Shown piece after piece: positions 9,381 through 18,680 of a stretch of DNA of 64,000 nt. The notes beneath the pieces are model-generated. The model searched no databases. It was not told the origin of the DNA and was given only the letters and a program-made list of their open reading frames with translations. Source of the DNA: a virus. Positions within the stretch are counted from its first letter, which is position 1. The number at the start of each line of letters is the position of its first letter. Position numbers and translations under genes: made by a program. Where the stretch lies: positions 1-64,000 of IMG/VR virus record IMGVR_UViG_3300044539_000111; one strand, given 5' to 3'.

Positions 9381-10580
9381 TTATAAATAAATGTTTCCTT
9401 GATTGTCTTGTGTTGCAGTAATTGCTTGAGTTAAGTTAGCATTAAATGCAGCTCCCCCCTCATAAGTATTACCTCTCATATTTATCACTCTTGCAACTCC
9501 TCCATTAAACAAATATGGAGCTGTATCATTAGCTAATTGAAAAACACAGTTAATTATTGAGGTTGGTAATGTAGCACCATTTCCAATTATTCCATAACCA
9601 GCTGCGTTATTATAATGTGTAAGTATATTACAATTATATATTTTTCCACTTGATGATGTATCCCAAAATGCTGCATTAGATGTAGAAACAGCAGCACCAT
9701 TAAAACAATAAGGCATTTGAAATCTAATTCCAAAACTAGATGAACTAATTCCAGTATTACCTATAATAGATTTTGATGTACTATTATAAAGCCATATTCC
9801 TTGTCCAGAAACTGAAATTCCTATACAATCAATTAAATCAGTTGCTGAATTACTTTCAATCCCAAGGCCAGAAGTACTTCTTCCAATTGAATTGTACATA
9901 TATCCACCACCTGAGATTCCTGAACCAGATACAGAAACACCTATACATTTATTTAAAGTTGATGCATTTGAAGCAATCCCTGTTCCTGTTGTTCCTTGAC
10001 CATAACAAAAATTTGCAATACCTCGCATATCAACACCCGTAACTCCATAAAAAAAACAATTAGTTGTAGTATTACTAGAACCTATAAATGCACCTAAGCT
10101 TACACCTTTTGCACTTAATCCTATTATTTCTAGAAATGATGGATATAGAGATATTGCACTTCCAGCACTTTCATTTTCAAAATAAGAACTAGTCATTATA
10201 ATTCTACCAGCAATACCATTATCTCCATTAAATAAATTTGAAACCAAAACACCACTTGGGTTAGTTCCATTTTGCCTAACTAGTTTTAAATTAAGTATTG
10301 AAAAATTGCAAGCATTATATGTACTTGAAAAAATAGCAGTTTCATTTGCTGCTGTTTTTGTCCAAGTATGTCCATTACCATTCCAGTTTACATTCTTTGT
10401 AATTGTTAAAACTTCTGAACCACTTGTTGTATAATCTGCAAATTGTTCAATTGTTTGACCAACTGTTGCAGCAGCATAAGCTAATGCTGGAGTAGCATAG
10501 TAAGTGTAAACACCTGATGCATTGGAAATACCAAAGATTCCTGATGCTGATTTTGATGCTATTTGTATTTGAGTACTCAT
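9381..10580 (-). CDS. Tail spike-like parallel beta-helix protein
   Basis: Repeated CIGxSxSGxGI-type units; G/S/N/T-rich. Confidence 0.65.
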   Translation of the reverse strand: MSTQIQIASKSASGIFGISNASGVYTYYATPALAYAAATVGQTIEQFADYTTSGSEVLTITKNVNWNGNGHTWTKTAANETAIFSSTYNACNFSILNLKLVRQNGTNPSGVLVSNLFNGDNGIAGRIIMTSSYFENESAGSAISLYPSFLEIIGLSAKGVSLGAFIGSSNTTTNCFFYGVTGVDMRGIANFCYGQGTTGTGIASNASTLNKCIGVSVSGSGISGGGYMYNSIGRSTSGLGIESNSATDLIDCIGISVSGQGIWLYNSTSKSIIGNTGISSSSFGIRFQMPYCFNGAAVSTSNAAFWDTSSSGKIYNCNILTHYNNAAGYGIIGNGATLPTSIINCVFQLANDTAPYLFNGGVARVINMRGNTYEGGAAFNANLTQAITATQDNQGNIYL

Positions 10581-11137
10581 TAGTATACTTTAGTTAAAAT
10601 GAAATTTAATGATTGAATGCTATTACTTGCACTGCCTGTATTCCATTGAGCAGTAATTACTAGTTCATTATTCACTGTTGTATTAAATGTAGTAGTATTA
10701 ACAGTACTTAATACAAATCCTTCAAAATTACTTCCCCCATTTCTAATATAAGAAAAGAAACCGCCTGATGAAATTGATGCTGTACCAGGCCCTCCTAATG
10801 TTCTAATTGTAAAAAACAAATTAAGTAACCAAGGCTTATTAGTTGCTGCTGCCATTGGGACTACTCCAGTATCAGCAAGAATTACTCCTGCTAATGTTTT
10901 AACATGAATATGTATAGTTGCAGAGCTTAAAGAAGAAACTAATCCGTCTAAAGCACAAGTAAAAGAATCCCCCACAGAAAAAGCATTAGCAGGAACAGCT
11001 AAAGTACCTACTCCTGTGCCAATAATACTTTGTTCTATAATACCTGTTACGCTTGGACCTGTTGCAGTTTGTGCAAACAATCCATAATTAGCTCTAGGAA
11101 GATTTACAGACTTATCTATATCTATATGTGTAGACAT
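10580..11137 (-). CDS. Virion/tail structural protein
   Basis: 185 aa, T/G/S-rich, beta-rich; context. Confidence 0.55.
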   Translation of the reverse strand: MSTHIDIDKSVNLPRANYGLFAQTATGPSVTGIIEQSIIGTGVGTLAVPANAFSVGDSFTCALDGLVSSLSSATIHIHVKTLAGVILADTGVVPMAAATNKPWLLNLFFTIRTLGGPGTASISSGGFFSYIRNGGSNFEGFVLSTVNTTTFNTTVNNELVITAQWNTGSASNSIQSLNFILTKVY

Positions 11138-11140
11138 TAG

Positions 11141-11500
11141 TTATTTATTGTATATAATAACTAACTCTGTACCTGTGCCATCAAAAGTGATCATTCCTCC
11201 AGAATAAAAGTTATTTAAAGCACCAGCATCAAAATTTAATGTTTCACCTGGTTTAACTATTCCTCCTATAAATGTTCCATTTGCCGTACCAACATTAGAT
11301 ACAGATATGCTATAAACAACAGGTATGATAATCCCATAACCAGTAGAACGTAATAATATTGGGATTCTAGATAGACCTGCTGAAGCAGTTGTGACATTAA
11401 CATTAACTGTACCATTGAGTTCATCTATGATACCTTGAAGACCTCTTAAGACATTTAACTGCCAGTTAGTATTTAAACCGTCTGAATTTATAATTGACAT
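11141..11500 (-). CDS. Virion structural protein
   Basis: Likely start MSIINSDG at 11500; NWQLNVLRGLQGI. Confidence 0.55.
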   Translation of the reverse strand: MSIINSDGLNTNWQLNVLRGLQGIIDELNGTVNVNVTTASAGLSRIPILLRSTGYGIIIPVVYSISVSNVGTANGTFIGGIVKPGETLNFDAGALNNFYSGGMITFDGTGTELVIIYNK

Positions 11501-11569
11501 AATCTCTAATTTTAATAAACAATGTATATAATATACAAAATCTTTTTGTTCTATGCAACAAATATAAGC

Positions 11570-11600
11570 AAAAAAAAAGCCTTGAATTATCAAGACTTTT
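11570..11600 (-). terminator. Intrinsic terminator
   Basis: AAAAG.CTTGA/TCAAG.CTTTT hairpin with A run after groES. Confidence 0.5.
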
Positions 11601-11620
11601 AATTTACTCTTTAGTACTGC

Positions 11621-11902
11621 TTAATACAACCCGATACAATCTGCTTCTTTAGCAACAAACTTTGTTTTTCCTTCAATGTCTACTACATCACAGTAAGATA
11701 ATTGGCGCGGTGTAACTAACACTTCATCTCCTGCTTTACAGAAAGTTACATCTTCACCAACTGCGTGTACAGTTAATCGCGTGTAGTGCTTAACAAGATC
11801 GGCTTCCATAGATGCTTGCGCTTCTGGACTAAGTTCTAATCCTTTAATTTTTGGCTCATAAGCCGGCTTGTCTAAAATGACAATTTTTCCTTGATACTTC
11901 AT
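11621..11902 (-). CDS. groES: GroES-like co-chaperonin
   Basis: VHAVGEDV...KAGDEVLV...DIEGKTKFVAKEADCIGL. Confidence 0.75.
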   Translation of the reverse strand: MKYQGKIVILDKPAYEPKIKGLELSPEAQASMEADLVKHYTRLTVHAVGEDVTFCKAGDEVLVTPRQLSYCDVVDIEGKTKFVAKEADCIGLY

Positions 11903-11919
11903 AACTTTTTTTTGTTTAA

Positions 11920-12243
11920 TTATTTGAATAATCTGTATTGAATGTAGCGGTCCACTACTTCCCCTGTTCTTTCATCTACCTTTTCAATGATCTCTGCATT
12001 ATCAACTGTTGTCAAAGCTTCAGCTACAGCATACGATCCATCAGGATTTCTTTGTTGAGTTGTAACTTGTACAACAACTGACAATCCCGCCTGCATTGCT
12101 TTAGTTGATTTCATCCAACCCTCATTAACGCTTGAAGCTTTAGCAATAAGTTTAAATGTATCGCCATTTCCCCAGAATTGAATATCTCTAACATTCTCTC
12201 TAGCTCTACTTGCTGTGGTATTACCCAATGTTTTTTCTTCCAT
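11920..12243 (-). CDS. Conserved phage hypothetical protein
   Basis: 107 aa; KASSVNEGWMKSTKAM...VQVTTQQRNPDGSY. Confidence 0.7.
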   Translation of the reverse strand: MEEKTLGNTTASRARENVRDIQFWGNGDTFKLIAKASSVNEGWMKSTKAMQAGLSVVVQVTTQQRNPDGSYAVAEALTTVDNAEIIEKVDERTGEVVDRYIQYRLFK

Positions 12244-12244
12244 G

Positions 12245-12853
12245 TTACTTGATTTTACAAACTTCTTCTAAACGATTCAACACATCTTGCGCACTGTGGC
12301 CATCATAATGATGTTTTACAAATGGTTCTTCCGGGCACTGGAATAAATCCCAATCCTCCAACTGATAGTGGTTACTTACTTGTCCTCCTGGCAATACAGC
12401 CATGACAATAAACCATCCGCCACCAAAACATGGTAATCCATCACTATGACATTTGGATTTATGTACATCGTACAATCCTTCTTTAGTCCAAGCATTAAAT
12501 GCCGCAGCATTGTACATCTTACGGAAAGCATACAACTCATTAAAAGTATGGTAGCCGTCAGAGATTTCTCCTTTGTCAACTTTTCCTTCTTCATTGTAAG
12601 ACTTATGGAAAATGTCAGGCTTGCAAGGATAGAACTCACCATGAATACCTTTGATAATCATATCACCAATTGAAGCAAAAATTGGTCCTTCCAAAGTTTC
12701 AATTTTTACTTTAGGATCCATGCTTTTACCATCAAAGTCAATTTCTATTTTCTCACCCATGAAATCAGAAAGATTATCCATTGTTGCCAATGTAGCATCT
12801 ACAAATTCAACAGCTTCAATTGTGATTGGTTTCTTTGTGAATCTACTTATCAT
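12245..12853 (-). CDS. Two-domain phage protein
   Basis: N-terminal KKPITIEAV...TLEG...GEFYPCKPDIF domain fused to ISDGYHTFNELY...YDGH domain. Confidence 0.7.
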   Translation of the reverse strand: MISRFTKKPITIEAVEFVDATLATMDNLSDFMGEKIEIDFDGKSMDPKVKIETLEGPIFASIGDMIIKGIHGEFYPCKPDIFHKSYNEEGKVDKGEISDGYHTFNELYAFRKMYNAAAFNAWTKEGLYDVHKSKCHSDGLPCFGGGWFIVMAVLPGGQVSNHYQLEDWDLFQCPEEPFVKHHYDGHSAQDVLNRLEEVCKIK

Positions 12854-12960
12854 CCTTTTTGTTTTTAAAATATTCTACACCAGCTTCGATAGCCATAATT
12901 GCACCTACTGCTGCACTCACTCCAATGAATGAACCTACTGCGATTTGAAAAATTAACATG

Positions 12961-13533
12961 TTATTTGTTTTTGAGATTAATATACGCTTTCATAATTGCC
13001 AAATAGTTGATGGCATCCTCAATAGTATCAGTGATTGATTCATCTTTTACCATTGCTTCTTTGTCCAATAGTGTGGATATACGGGACATTTTATCCATCA
13101 ACCTTACCAAGATACCTTTTTCAACAGACACTCCTGCAATGGTGCTGTTTCTGAAGTTAGCAAATGGATCATTGTTAGATCCACCGTAGTCATTGTTCTT
13201 TGCTATAGCTGTAAGAAAGCATCTTTCAAATGTTTCTCCCATACTCTTCAACAAAGGGTTGCGCAGAATAGTATCTTCTTCTGGTGAAATTGGTCTGCTC
13301 ATTTTTTGTTCCTCTTTTATTCGATACTTGTCACCGGAAACCCATGATTCATTACTTGAGTGCCTTACATCAACATAATGTTTGTCAATCCAAAATCCAC
13401 TATCCTGCATCTTTAACTTGAACTCCGTTTCTGATTCTCCAAGAACTCCATGAAATTCAATTCCAATATGCGGGTTGTGCCAACTTCCTTCAGGTCCCAT
13501 TCTGGAAATTCTAATAATTGTTTCTCTCTCCAT
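12961..13533 (-). CDS. DUF1599-like nucleotide-modification-associated domain protein
   Basis: KNNDYG...DPFANF...GILVRLMDKMSRI...DESITDTIEDAINY. Confidence 0.7.
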   Translation of the reverse strand: MERETIIRISRMGPEGSWHNPHIGIEFHGVLGESETEFKLKMQDSGFWIDKHYVDVRHSSNESWVSGDKYRIKEEQKMSRPISPEEDTILRNPLLKSMGETFERCFLTAIAKNNDYGGSNNDPFANFRNSTIAGVSVEKGILVRLMDKMSRISTLLDKEAMVKDESITDTIEDAINYLAIMKAYINLKNK

Positions 13534-13950
13534 TTACTTTAGTTTATAAAATTTACCCAATATATTACCATTTAAAAACTCATCACTCTCAAGTACCCCC
13601 AATGCAAATTGGAACTTGCACTCATAGTATGACAATTCTTGTTTTCCAAAACAGATGTGTAAAATCTCTCTGCGGATAGTTACTCCATCTTTGTGCGCTT
13701 GCTTTAAGACCTCATTGCTACTGAAATAGTTTTTGTAGGTTGTTTTTCTCACACGCTTGTAAGTCTTCAACCTTTTATCTGTAGGAATATCTTTCTTAGC
13801 TAGTTTGGTTTTGACATCAGCATAGAAGTTCTTCTTGCCAATGTACCTAACTGGTTTCCCATCAATAATTGCCATCATCTCATAGATAAAACCAACTGCT
13901 CCTTCTGGAATCATTTCTTCAGTAAATTCTTTTCCGCCTTCTATCCACAT
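13534..13950 (-). CDS. GIY-YIG family nuclease
   Basis: GFIYEM...RYIGKK, YFSSN, REILHIC, LSYYE. Confidence 0.75.
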   Translation of the reverse strand: MWIEGGKEFTEEMIPEGAVGFIYEMMAIIDGKPVRYIGKKNFYADVKTKLAKKDIPTDKRLKTYKRVRKTTYKNYFSSNEVLKQAHKDGVTIRREILHICFGKQELSYYECKFQFALGVLESDEFLNGNILGKFYKLK

Positions 13951-14191
13951 ACTTTTTAGTTTTTATGCCTTGCCCTTTTGCCATAATTAGTTTTGGCCAA
14001 ACTTTTGCCCTGCGGCTTAATGTTTTCCTCTTTTGAGTGAAGTATATTCGTTTTATTTTTAACAGGTCCCAGTGATTGTCCAGTAACATATCTATGATAA
14101 ACTGGAGTAAACTGGTCCATTCCAATGCCAATGCAGAAATAACTGCAACAAAATTTAACTTTAAATCCATTTATAACTTTGTGAAATACTT

Positions 14192-14530
14192 TCATCTTAA
14201 TTCATTTATTCGTCTATTCAAAAGCAAGTTAACCAAGTGGCGCGACTCAGGATCTCTTGAATCTAACATTTTTGAAAATCTCTCATACTCCGTTTTAGTT
14301 ATCCATTCATCATCATGTGCTTGATGCAATTTTATAGCTACTTCATCTCCCGTTGATCTTGCCATTTTAAGAAACAACTCATTTGGCAAAGGCTTTCTTA
14401 TTTCAAAATCAGATGCGGTGCTTGTCATTTTTTCTAACTCTCCGTTTCTATAAAGCCATTGTTCATTCATGTCGCTCAGACTAAATAAAATATCTCCTCC
14501 CTCAAATGATGTTATTGGTAATCCTTTCAT
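14192..14530 (-). CDS. Hypothetical protein with C-terminal LxSxDxE module
   Basis: WITKTEYERFSKMLDSRDPESRHLVNLLL. Confidence 0.7.
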   Translation of the reverse strand: MKGLPITSFEGGDILFSLSDMNEQWLYRNGELEKMTSTASDFEIRKPLPNELFLKMARSTGDEVAIKLHQAHDDEWITKTEYERFSKMLDSRDPESRHLVNLLLNRRINELR

Positions 14531-15024
14531 TATAATCCGCTTTTAGTTCCTAGTTCATCAAAATATGTTAGGCAATTCTTGTCAATTGTCTTTCTTTTCC
14601 TAGCCAAGTTGGGATTGAGCATGATGTACTTCATTTCTTTCCCATCTTTAACAGTATGAATGTAGCTGATCACACTCTTACGGTACAACCTCTTCATAAA
14701 ATCAGCGTACTTATTGCGTGTGTACTGCAATTGCTCCATAAGTGTAGCATCAGTATGTGGAATTTGGCGGTTGTGGTACAAGATATTGTACACACCATTG
14801 GTCATGTCCGCCATTTTCAAGATCCTACCGTAGTCTACTGGGCTAAAGTTTTGAAGAATGTACTGAAGAGCTGAACTATCTATGATTACATACTCATCGC
14901 TGTGAACAATCACTAGATCTTTGTCAACTACATTGATGGTTGTGGAATGTGGAAGGATTTCTCCAGTAGAAACATCAGCAATGCCTTGTTCTAACTTAAC
15001 TTTCCTAATTACCGGCTTTATCAT
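14530..15024 (-). CDS. RepL-like HTH protein
   Basis: DVSTGEIL N-terminus, HTH-like central region, YIMLNPNL C-terminus. Confidence 0.6.
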   Translation of the reverse strand: MIKPVIRKVKLEQGIADVSTGEILPHSTTINVVDKDLVIVHSDEYVIIDSSALQYILQNFSPVDYGRILKMADMTNGVYNILYHNRQIPHTDATLMEQLQYTRNKYADFMKRLYRKSVISYIHTVKDGKEMKYIMLNPNLARKRKTIDKNCLTYFDELGTKSGL

Positions 15025-15054
15025 GACACAAATCTAGTAAAGATAATTGAATAA

Positions 15055-15114
15055 TGCACCCTTTTTGGTGCAATTTTTCTTTTATTTGCGTGTTTTTGCA
15101 CCTATTTGGGTGCA
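15055..15114. promoter_or_regulatory. Two TGCACC-N6-GGTGCA palindromes
   Basis: 15055-15072 and 15097-15114, 42 bp apart, just upstream of the RepL-like gene promoter. Confidence 0.65.
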
Positions 15115-15183
15115 GCCTATTCTCTATACCCCCCGTCATTGCTAGGTTTTTGATGTCCCCCCTATATTAGTATATTTAGGAAG

Positions 15184-15220
15184 AAAAAAACCCTTACGAG
15201 GGTAGAAGTTCGTAAGGGTT
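15184..15220 (-). terminator. Intrinsic terminator
   Basis: AACCCTTACGA/TCGTAAGGGTT stem with A run. Confidence 0.7.
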
Positions 15221-15272
15221 CTGTGCAACTGTGTGGTCACACCGTAGCCCGCCTGGAGAGAGAAGCGGAATA

Positions 15273-15413
15273 TTATTTGCCTTGACCTTTATAAGCCTTC
15301 TTGTAGTTTTTGCTAGTCTTAGACTTTGAGGTTTTGGTCTTTGAGTGAACACCTGGTCTAGTAACTTTAACAGAAACTCTAGTGTTCGTACCTTGTAATC
15401 CCATTTTTGCCAT
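15273..15413 (-). CDS. 46-aa highly basic protein
   Basis: Not in track; MAKMGLQGTNTRVSVKVTRPGVHSKTKTSKSKTSKNYKKAYKGQGK; TATATTTG element upstream. Confidence 0.65.
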   Translation of the reverse strand: MAKMGLQGTNTRVSVKVTRPGVHSKTKTSKSKTSKNYKKAYKGQGK

Positions 15414-15477
15414 GATCCGATTGTTTTATAAAAACAAATATAATAAACTTTCTCTTACAGATACAACCCGTAACAAT

Positions 15478-15786
15478 TCATACACACTTTTTTCTAGCTT
15501 TGGCCAAAAGCTGTTGTATCATGTCTAATCCCATTTGCATACTCTCCTGATCCGTACTGCAGACTAACCTAAACAACGTACTAGCTTTGTTGGTATCAAT
15601 TACCTTCCTAACTTTTAAAAACTTGATCTTAGTTACCATCTCAGATATGAGTGTAGATTCTCCAAAAGTTATATCTCTGTTAACTTTTACACCATACTTC
15701 TTCTCAAAATGCTTTATTATCTGCACATGTTTAGCCATTAGAGGGATCTCCATGGCATCATTCCACCACATATTTGAATAGTCCAT
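15478..15786 (-). CDS. Hypothetical protein with C-terminal LxSxDxE module
   Basis: Likely start MDYSNMWW; VIDTNKASTLFRLVCSTDQESMQMGLDMI. Confidence 0.6.
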   Translation of the reverse strand: MDYSNMWWNDAMEIPLMAKHVQIIKHFEKKYGVKVNRDITFGESTLISEMVTKIKFLKVRKVIDTNKASTLFRLVCSTDQESMQMGLDMIQQLLAKARKKCV

Positions 15787-16175
15787 AGACAAAAATACAA
15801 AATTTGGGTAATATAGAATTGGAGAGTATAATGATGGGTAAACTAGAAATATAATGTATGATGATGTGGGGAACATCCCTAGTCCTTTAGCCCCCCGTCA
15901 ATCAGCTGGAGGGTGCTACCCCCCATAAAAAAACAAGTCCAAAGAAAAATCACAACAGGATCCAAGAAAAAGTTCCAGGGGAGAGAGGTCTGTGCAGAGG
16001 AGAGCAGAGCCTGTGCTCGCAAGCTCGCACCACACCAGGACACGGAAGCACATGTCCTGACAAGCAGACACAGACACACCAGGAGTGGTTAGATGATGTA
16101 TGTACTCAACTAGAATGACCACCTCTTAATGTAAATTTAGCCCTTCGGTCATATAAACCCTTAAAAAAAATTCTT

Positions 16176-16914
16176 ATGAACACAATCTTTTCTTTATTGC
16201 TCACTGCCATGTGTGGGGTGAGCTGTTACGAGGCATGCTTTGCTTCTAACTTGGACACCTTTGTAATGGGTAGTTCAGCGATGTGCCTTAGTGCAATCAT
16301 GTTTCTTATTCACGCTCGTTACCCTTTATTTAAAAAGTAATGAAAGTGTTAAAGAAACAAAGAGAATGGATCCTGTGGTCAGGATTCATTCTTTCAATGT
16401 TGATGTTGGTTGGTACACTGTACATGTTTGACTTAATCCCTGCAAAGTAATGGAGAAGGTAACATGGTTAGTGTTCATCGGACTGATAACATTGGCGTTT
16501 GGAGTGACGGCATTCACAGCTCCACAATTAAATAATCAAATACTTGCAGGCATTATGTCTGCAGTATTTGGTTTAGTATTCATTATCACACTTAAAGATT
16601 AAAATTATGTCTAAAGATATTTACTCAGTATTTCTTGGGTTTTCAGGTATGGAAACTCAAGAAGAATTTCAGGGCACTCTTAGTGAGTGTCAAGACTATG
16701 TGTCAAACATAGAGGATGCAGACCTTACACAATCTCACATAGAATTATGTGAGCCTGAATTTGTTTGGTAATGTACCAACTACAATACTTGAATGGCTCT
16801 ACAGTTGTGGAGTCATTCACCTTCTACAATAAAGCATTGTGCTTGTGGAAGAAAAAACAATTGTTAAACCAAGGTTCTCACAGAATGGGAACTTTTAAAA
16901 TTAAAAGCTTATGA
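16176..16914 (+). CDS. Five tiny closely linked early ORFs (16176-16340, 16340-16450, 16450-16602, 16607-16771, 16771-16914)
   Basis: Below ORF-track cutoff; mostly TAATG/ATGA overlaps; first three strongly hydrophobic. Confidence 0.65.
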
Positions 16915-17147
16915 AACGTCAAGCCTCAGTAGGTATGTTCTACCTATACACATTCATTATCTGTATTGCTATTGCAGCATTAACTTCTTGCAAATCTACT
17001 TATCAACACTGTGATGCCTATGGCATTAACTCTGTTGATAACCCAGAGAATGAAGAGTATGTAAATGAAGTTGCATTCAATCTAAACATACACCCTGAAG
17101 AAGTTACACAGGTAATGTTTGATGCAAGATATGCAGAAGGATATTAA
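16911..17147 (+). CDS. Small lipoprotein
   Basis: Hydrophobic signal, lipobox ALTSC, YQHCDAYG. Confidence 0.7.
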   Translation: MKRQASVGMFYLYTFIICIAIAALTSCKSTYQHCDAYGINSVDNPENEEYVNEVAFNLNIHPEEVTQVMFDARYAEGY

Positions 17148-17177
17148 GGGTAGGGCTTCGGCCCTTACCTTTTTTTT
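17147..17177 (+). terminator. Intrinsic terminator
   Basis: AGGGC-TTCG-GCCCT hairpin followed by T run. Confidence 0.85.
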
Positions 17178-17498
17178 GGTGGGGACATTGTGTTTACTAT
17201 CACTCCCACCTCAAATGTATTCACAACAGCTCCCAATCATTCACTCAAACGGTGTGCTGCGCACGCTTTTTTTATCTTTCTCTCTTTGCTCACCGCGAGC
17301 AGCCTCATGCTTCGGCACTACGCGGTTCGCAACACACCAGTACTCAGCCTCAAATGTAAATTCACCCCTTCGGTGCTTTTTCCCCTTACGGGCTGTCTTA
17401 CTCTTCGTAGTTTGTTAAAGCATTGGTGTCTACACAGCCAACAGATAAATGTGTTATCCTTTTTTAAAACCGTGCGGGTATAAAACGCAAAATTTACC

Positions 17499-18167
17499 AT
17501 GGAAAATACTTCCACTTTTACCCAAGCAGAATTAGTTGAGAAAATCTTTTCTCAAAAACAAATCTGCAAAGACAACAAAATCTTTAAGAAAGATTTGCAA
17601 GCTATGGACGCTGATGCTCTTACAGCATTAGCCGAATTGCATTCAATCAATCTTGAAGATGCTCCTGCTGTCGCTTCTGTTGAGTTAGTTGCTAATGGTA
17701 TTACACCACGCACTGCTCTTAACGGTACTATTGTCTATACTATGGACTTAGAACTTGTTCACTCTGACGGTTATTCTTTCCACTTTGCCTTTGGCGATAA
17801 GAAAGTTGTCATTGCAGGCGACCTTGCTTTATCTGATTGCTTCGCTTCAGGTGCAATAAAGATTGGGGATATGATTCCATTCCACTACCACGGAGTTGAC
17901 TCATTCAAGCTGTTGTCTACAAACGGTTCTTATTTGGTTCCTAACAACAACCAAGAAAACCCTTCGCGTGGTACCATTGCTAAGTCATTCTGCGAACCAA
18001 TTCAGGCAATGCTTGCTTTGGAGAAACTTGACAAGGCTAAGGAAAACCTTGAAATGCTACGCATTGCAAAGGCTTCCAAGTTGAAAGTTAGGGACATTCG
18101 TAACCTTGACCGTGAAGACCGTGTTGCTGATGCTCGTGCAATGCTTGCTGAATTACGCAAGAGATAA
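17499..18167 (+). CDS. Stand-alone early hypothetical protein
   Basis: 222 aa with own structured leader and terminator. Confidence 0.8.
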   Translation: MENTSTFTQAELVEKIFSQKQICKDNKIFKKDLQAMDADALTALAELHSINLEDAPAVASVELVANGITPRTALNGTIVYTMDLELVHSDGYSFHFAFGDKKVVIAGDLALSDCFASGAIKIGDMIPFHYHGVDSFKLLSTNGSYLVPNNNQENPSRGTIAKSFCEPIQAMLALEKLDKAKENLEMLRIAKASKLKVRDIRNLDREDRVADARAMLAELRKR

Positions 18168-18171
18168 TAAG

Positions 18172-18213
18172 ATAACGCCTGTTGCTCTTCGGAGTGACAG
18201 GCATTATTTTTTT
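18172..18213 (+). terminator. Intrinsic terminator
   Basis: GCCTGTTGCTC-TTCG-GAGTGACAGGC followed by T run. Confidence 0.85.
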
Positions 18214-18216
18214 GTG

Positions 18217-18230
18217 GTTACTATCACCAC
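18217..18230 (+). promoter_or_regulatory. GTTACTATCA motif, candidate phage-specific promoter
   Basis: Exact 10-mer at 18217, 18626, 21438, 28091, 35356, 45866; one-mismatch copy at 17193; all on plus strand. Confidence 0.6.
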
Positions 18231-18316
18231 ACCCGCACGGTATCCACCGTGTGTAGGTTTGTGACTCACACCCTGAAAATCAGAGTGTTAAGATTACAGT
18301 AACCACACCCAAAAAA

Positions 18317-18598
18317 GCATTGTGTCGGCTCATTGAAACCTCTTCGGTTTCTGCCGCCTGGGCTTCTTCCCGATCAACTCTTATAAGGGCTTCGCCCTGC
18401 CGTTGGGCAACCCTTGCTCTCCGAGGGCTGAACCCAGGTTCAGACTCCTGGGGATTACTAGCCCATAGTATGCATGGTGTCGGCTAACAGGATCTTGCAG
18501 ATCCTACGCGCCTGGCTATACCTTGGCTCGCTGCCGCGGGCAACACTCCGTGGGCTGAAACTCTTCGTTTCAGACTTCCGCGAAATTAGTAGCCCACA
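18317..18598 (+). ncRNA. Tandem pair of structured non-coding elements (18317-18466 and 18472-18598)
   Basis: Shared sequence blocks separated by hairpins that differ in sequence but keep pairing; GC-rich relative to genome. Confidence 0.6.
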
Positions 18599-18680
18599 TT
18601 CACACCACTCCCAAAAAACTGGTAAGTTACTATCATCAGGAAGGGGAAGTGTCTAATTATTAATTAAATACTATCACAAA

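Noticed and set aside
8356-11500. Diversity-generating retroelement or invertible tail cassette
   Set aside because: No reverse transcriptase, recombinase or template/variable repeat pair seen in the window
18317-18598. ZTP riboswitch, HDV-like or hammerhead ribozyme
   Set aside because: Only fragments match (CGCCTGGGC, GGGCAAC, CTGA). The ZTP 5' GACTGGCG partner and hammerhead CTGANGA/GAAA core are absent, and I could not build an HDV double pseudoknot by eye
15879-18656. Short ORF-track calls at 15879, 15916, 17119, 17190, 17318 and 18474
   Set aside because: They overlap terminators and GC-rich structured non-coding DNA and have atypical composition
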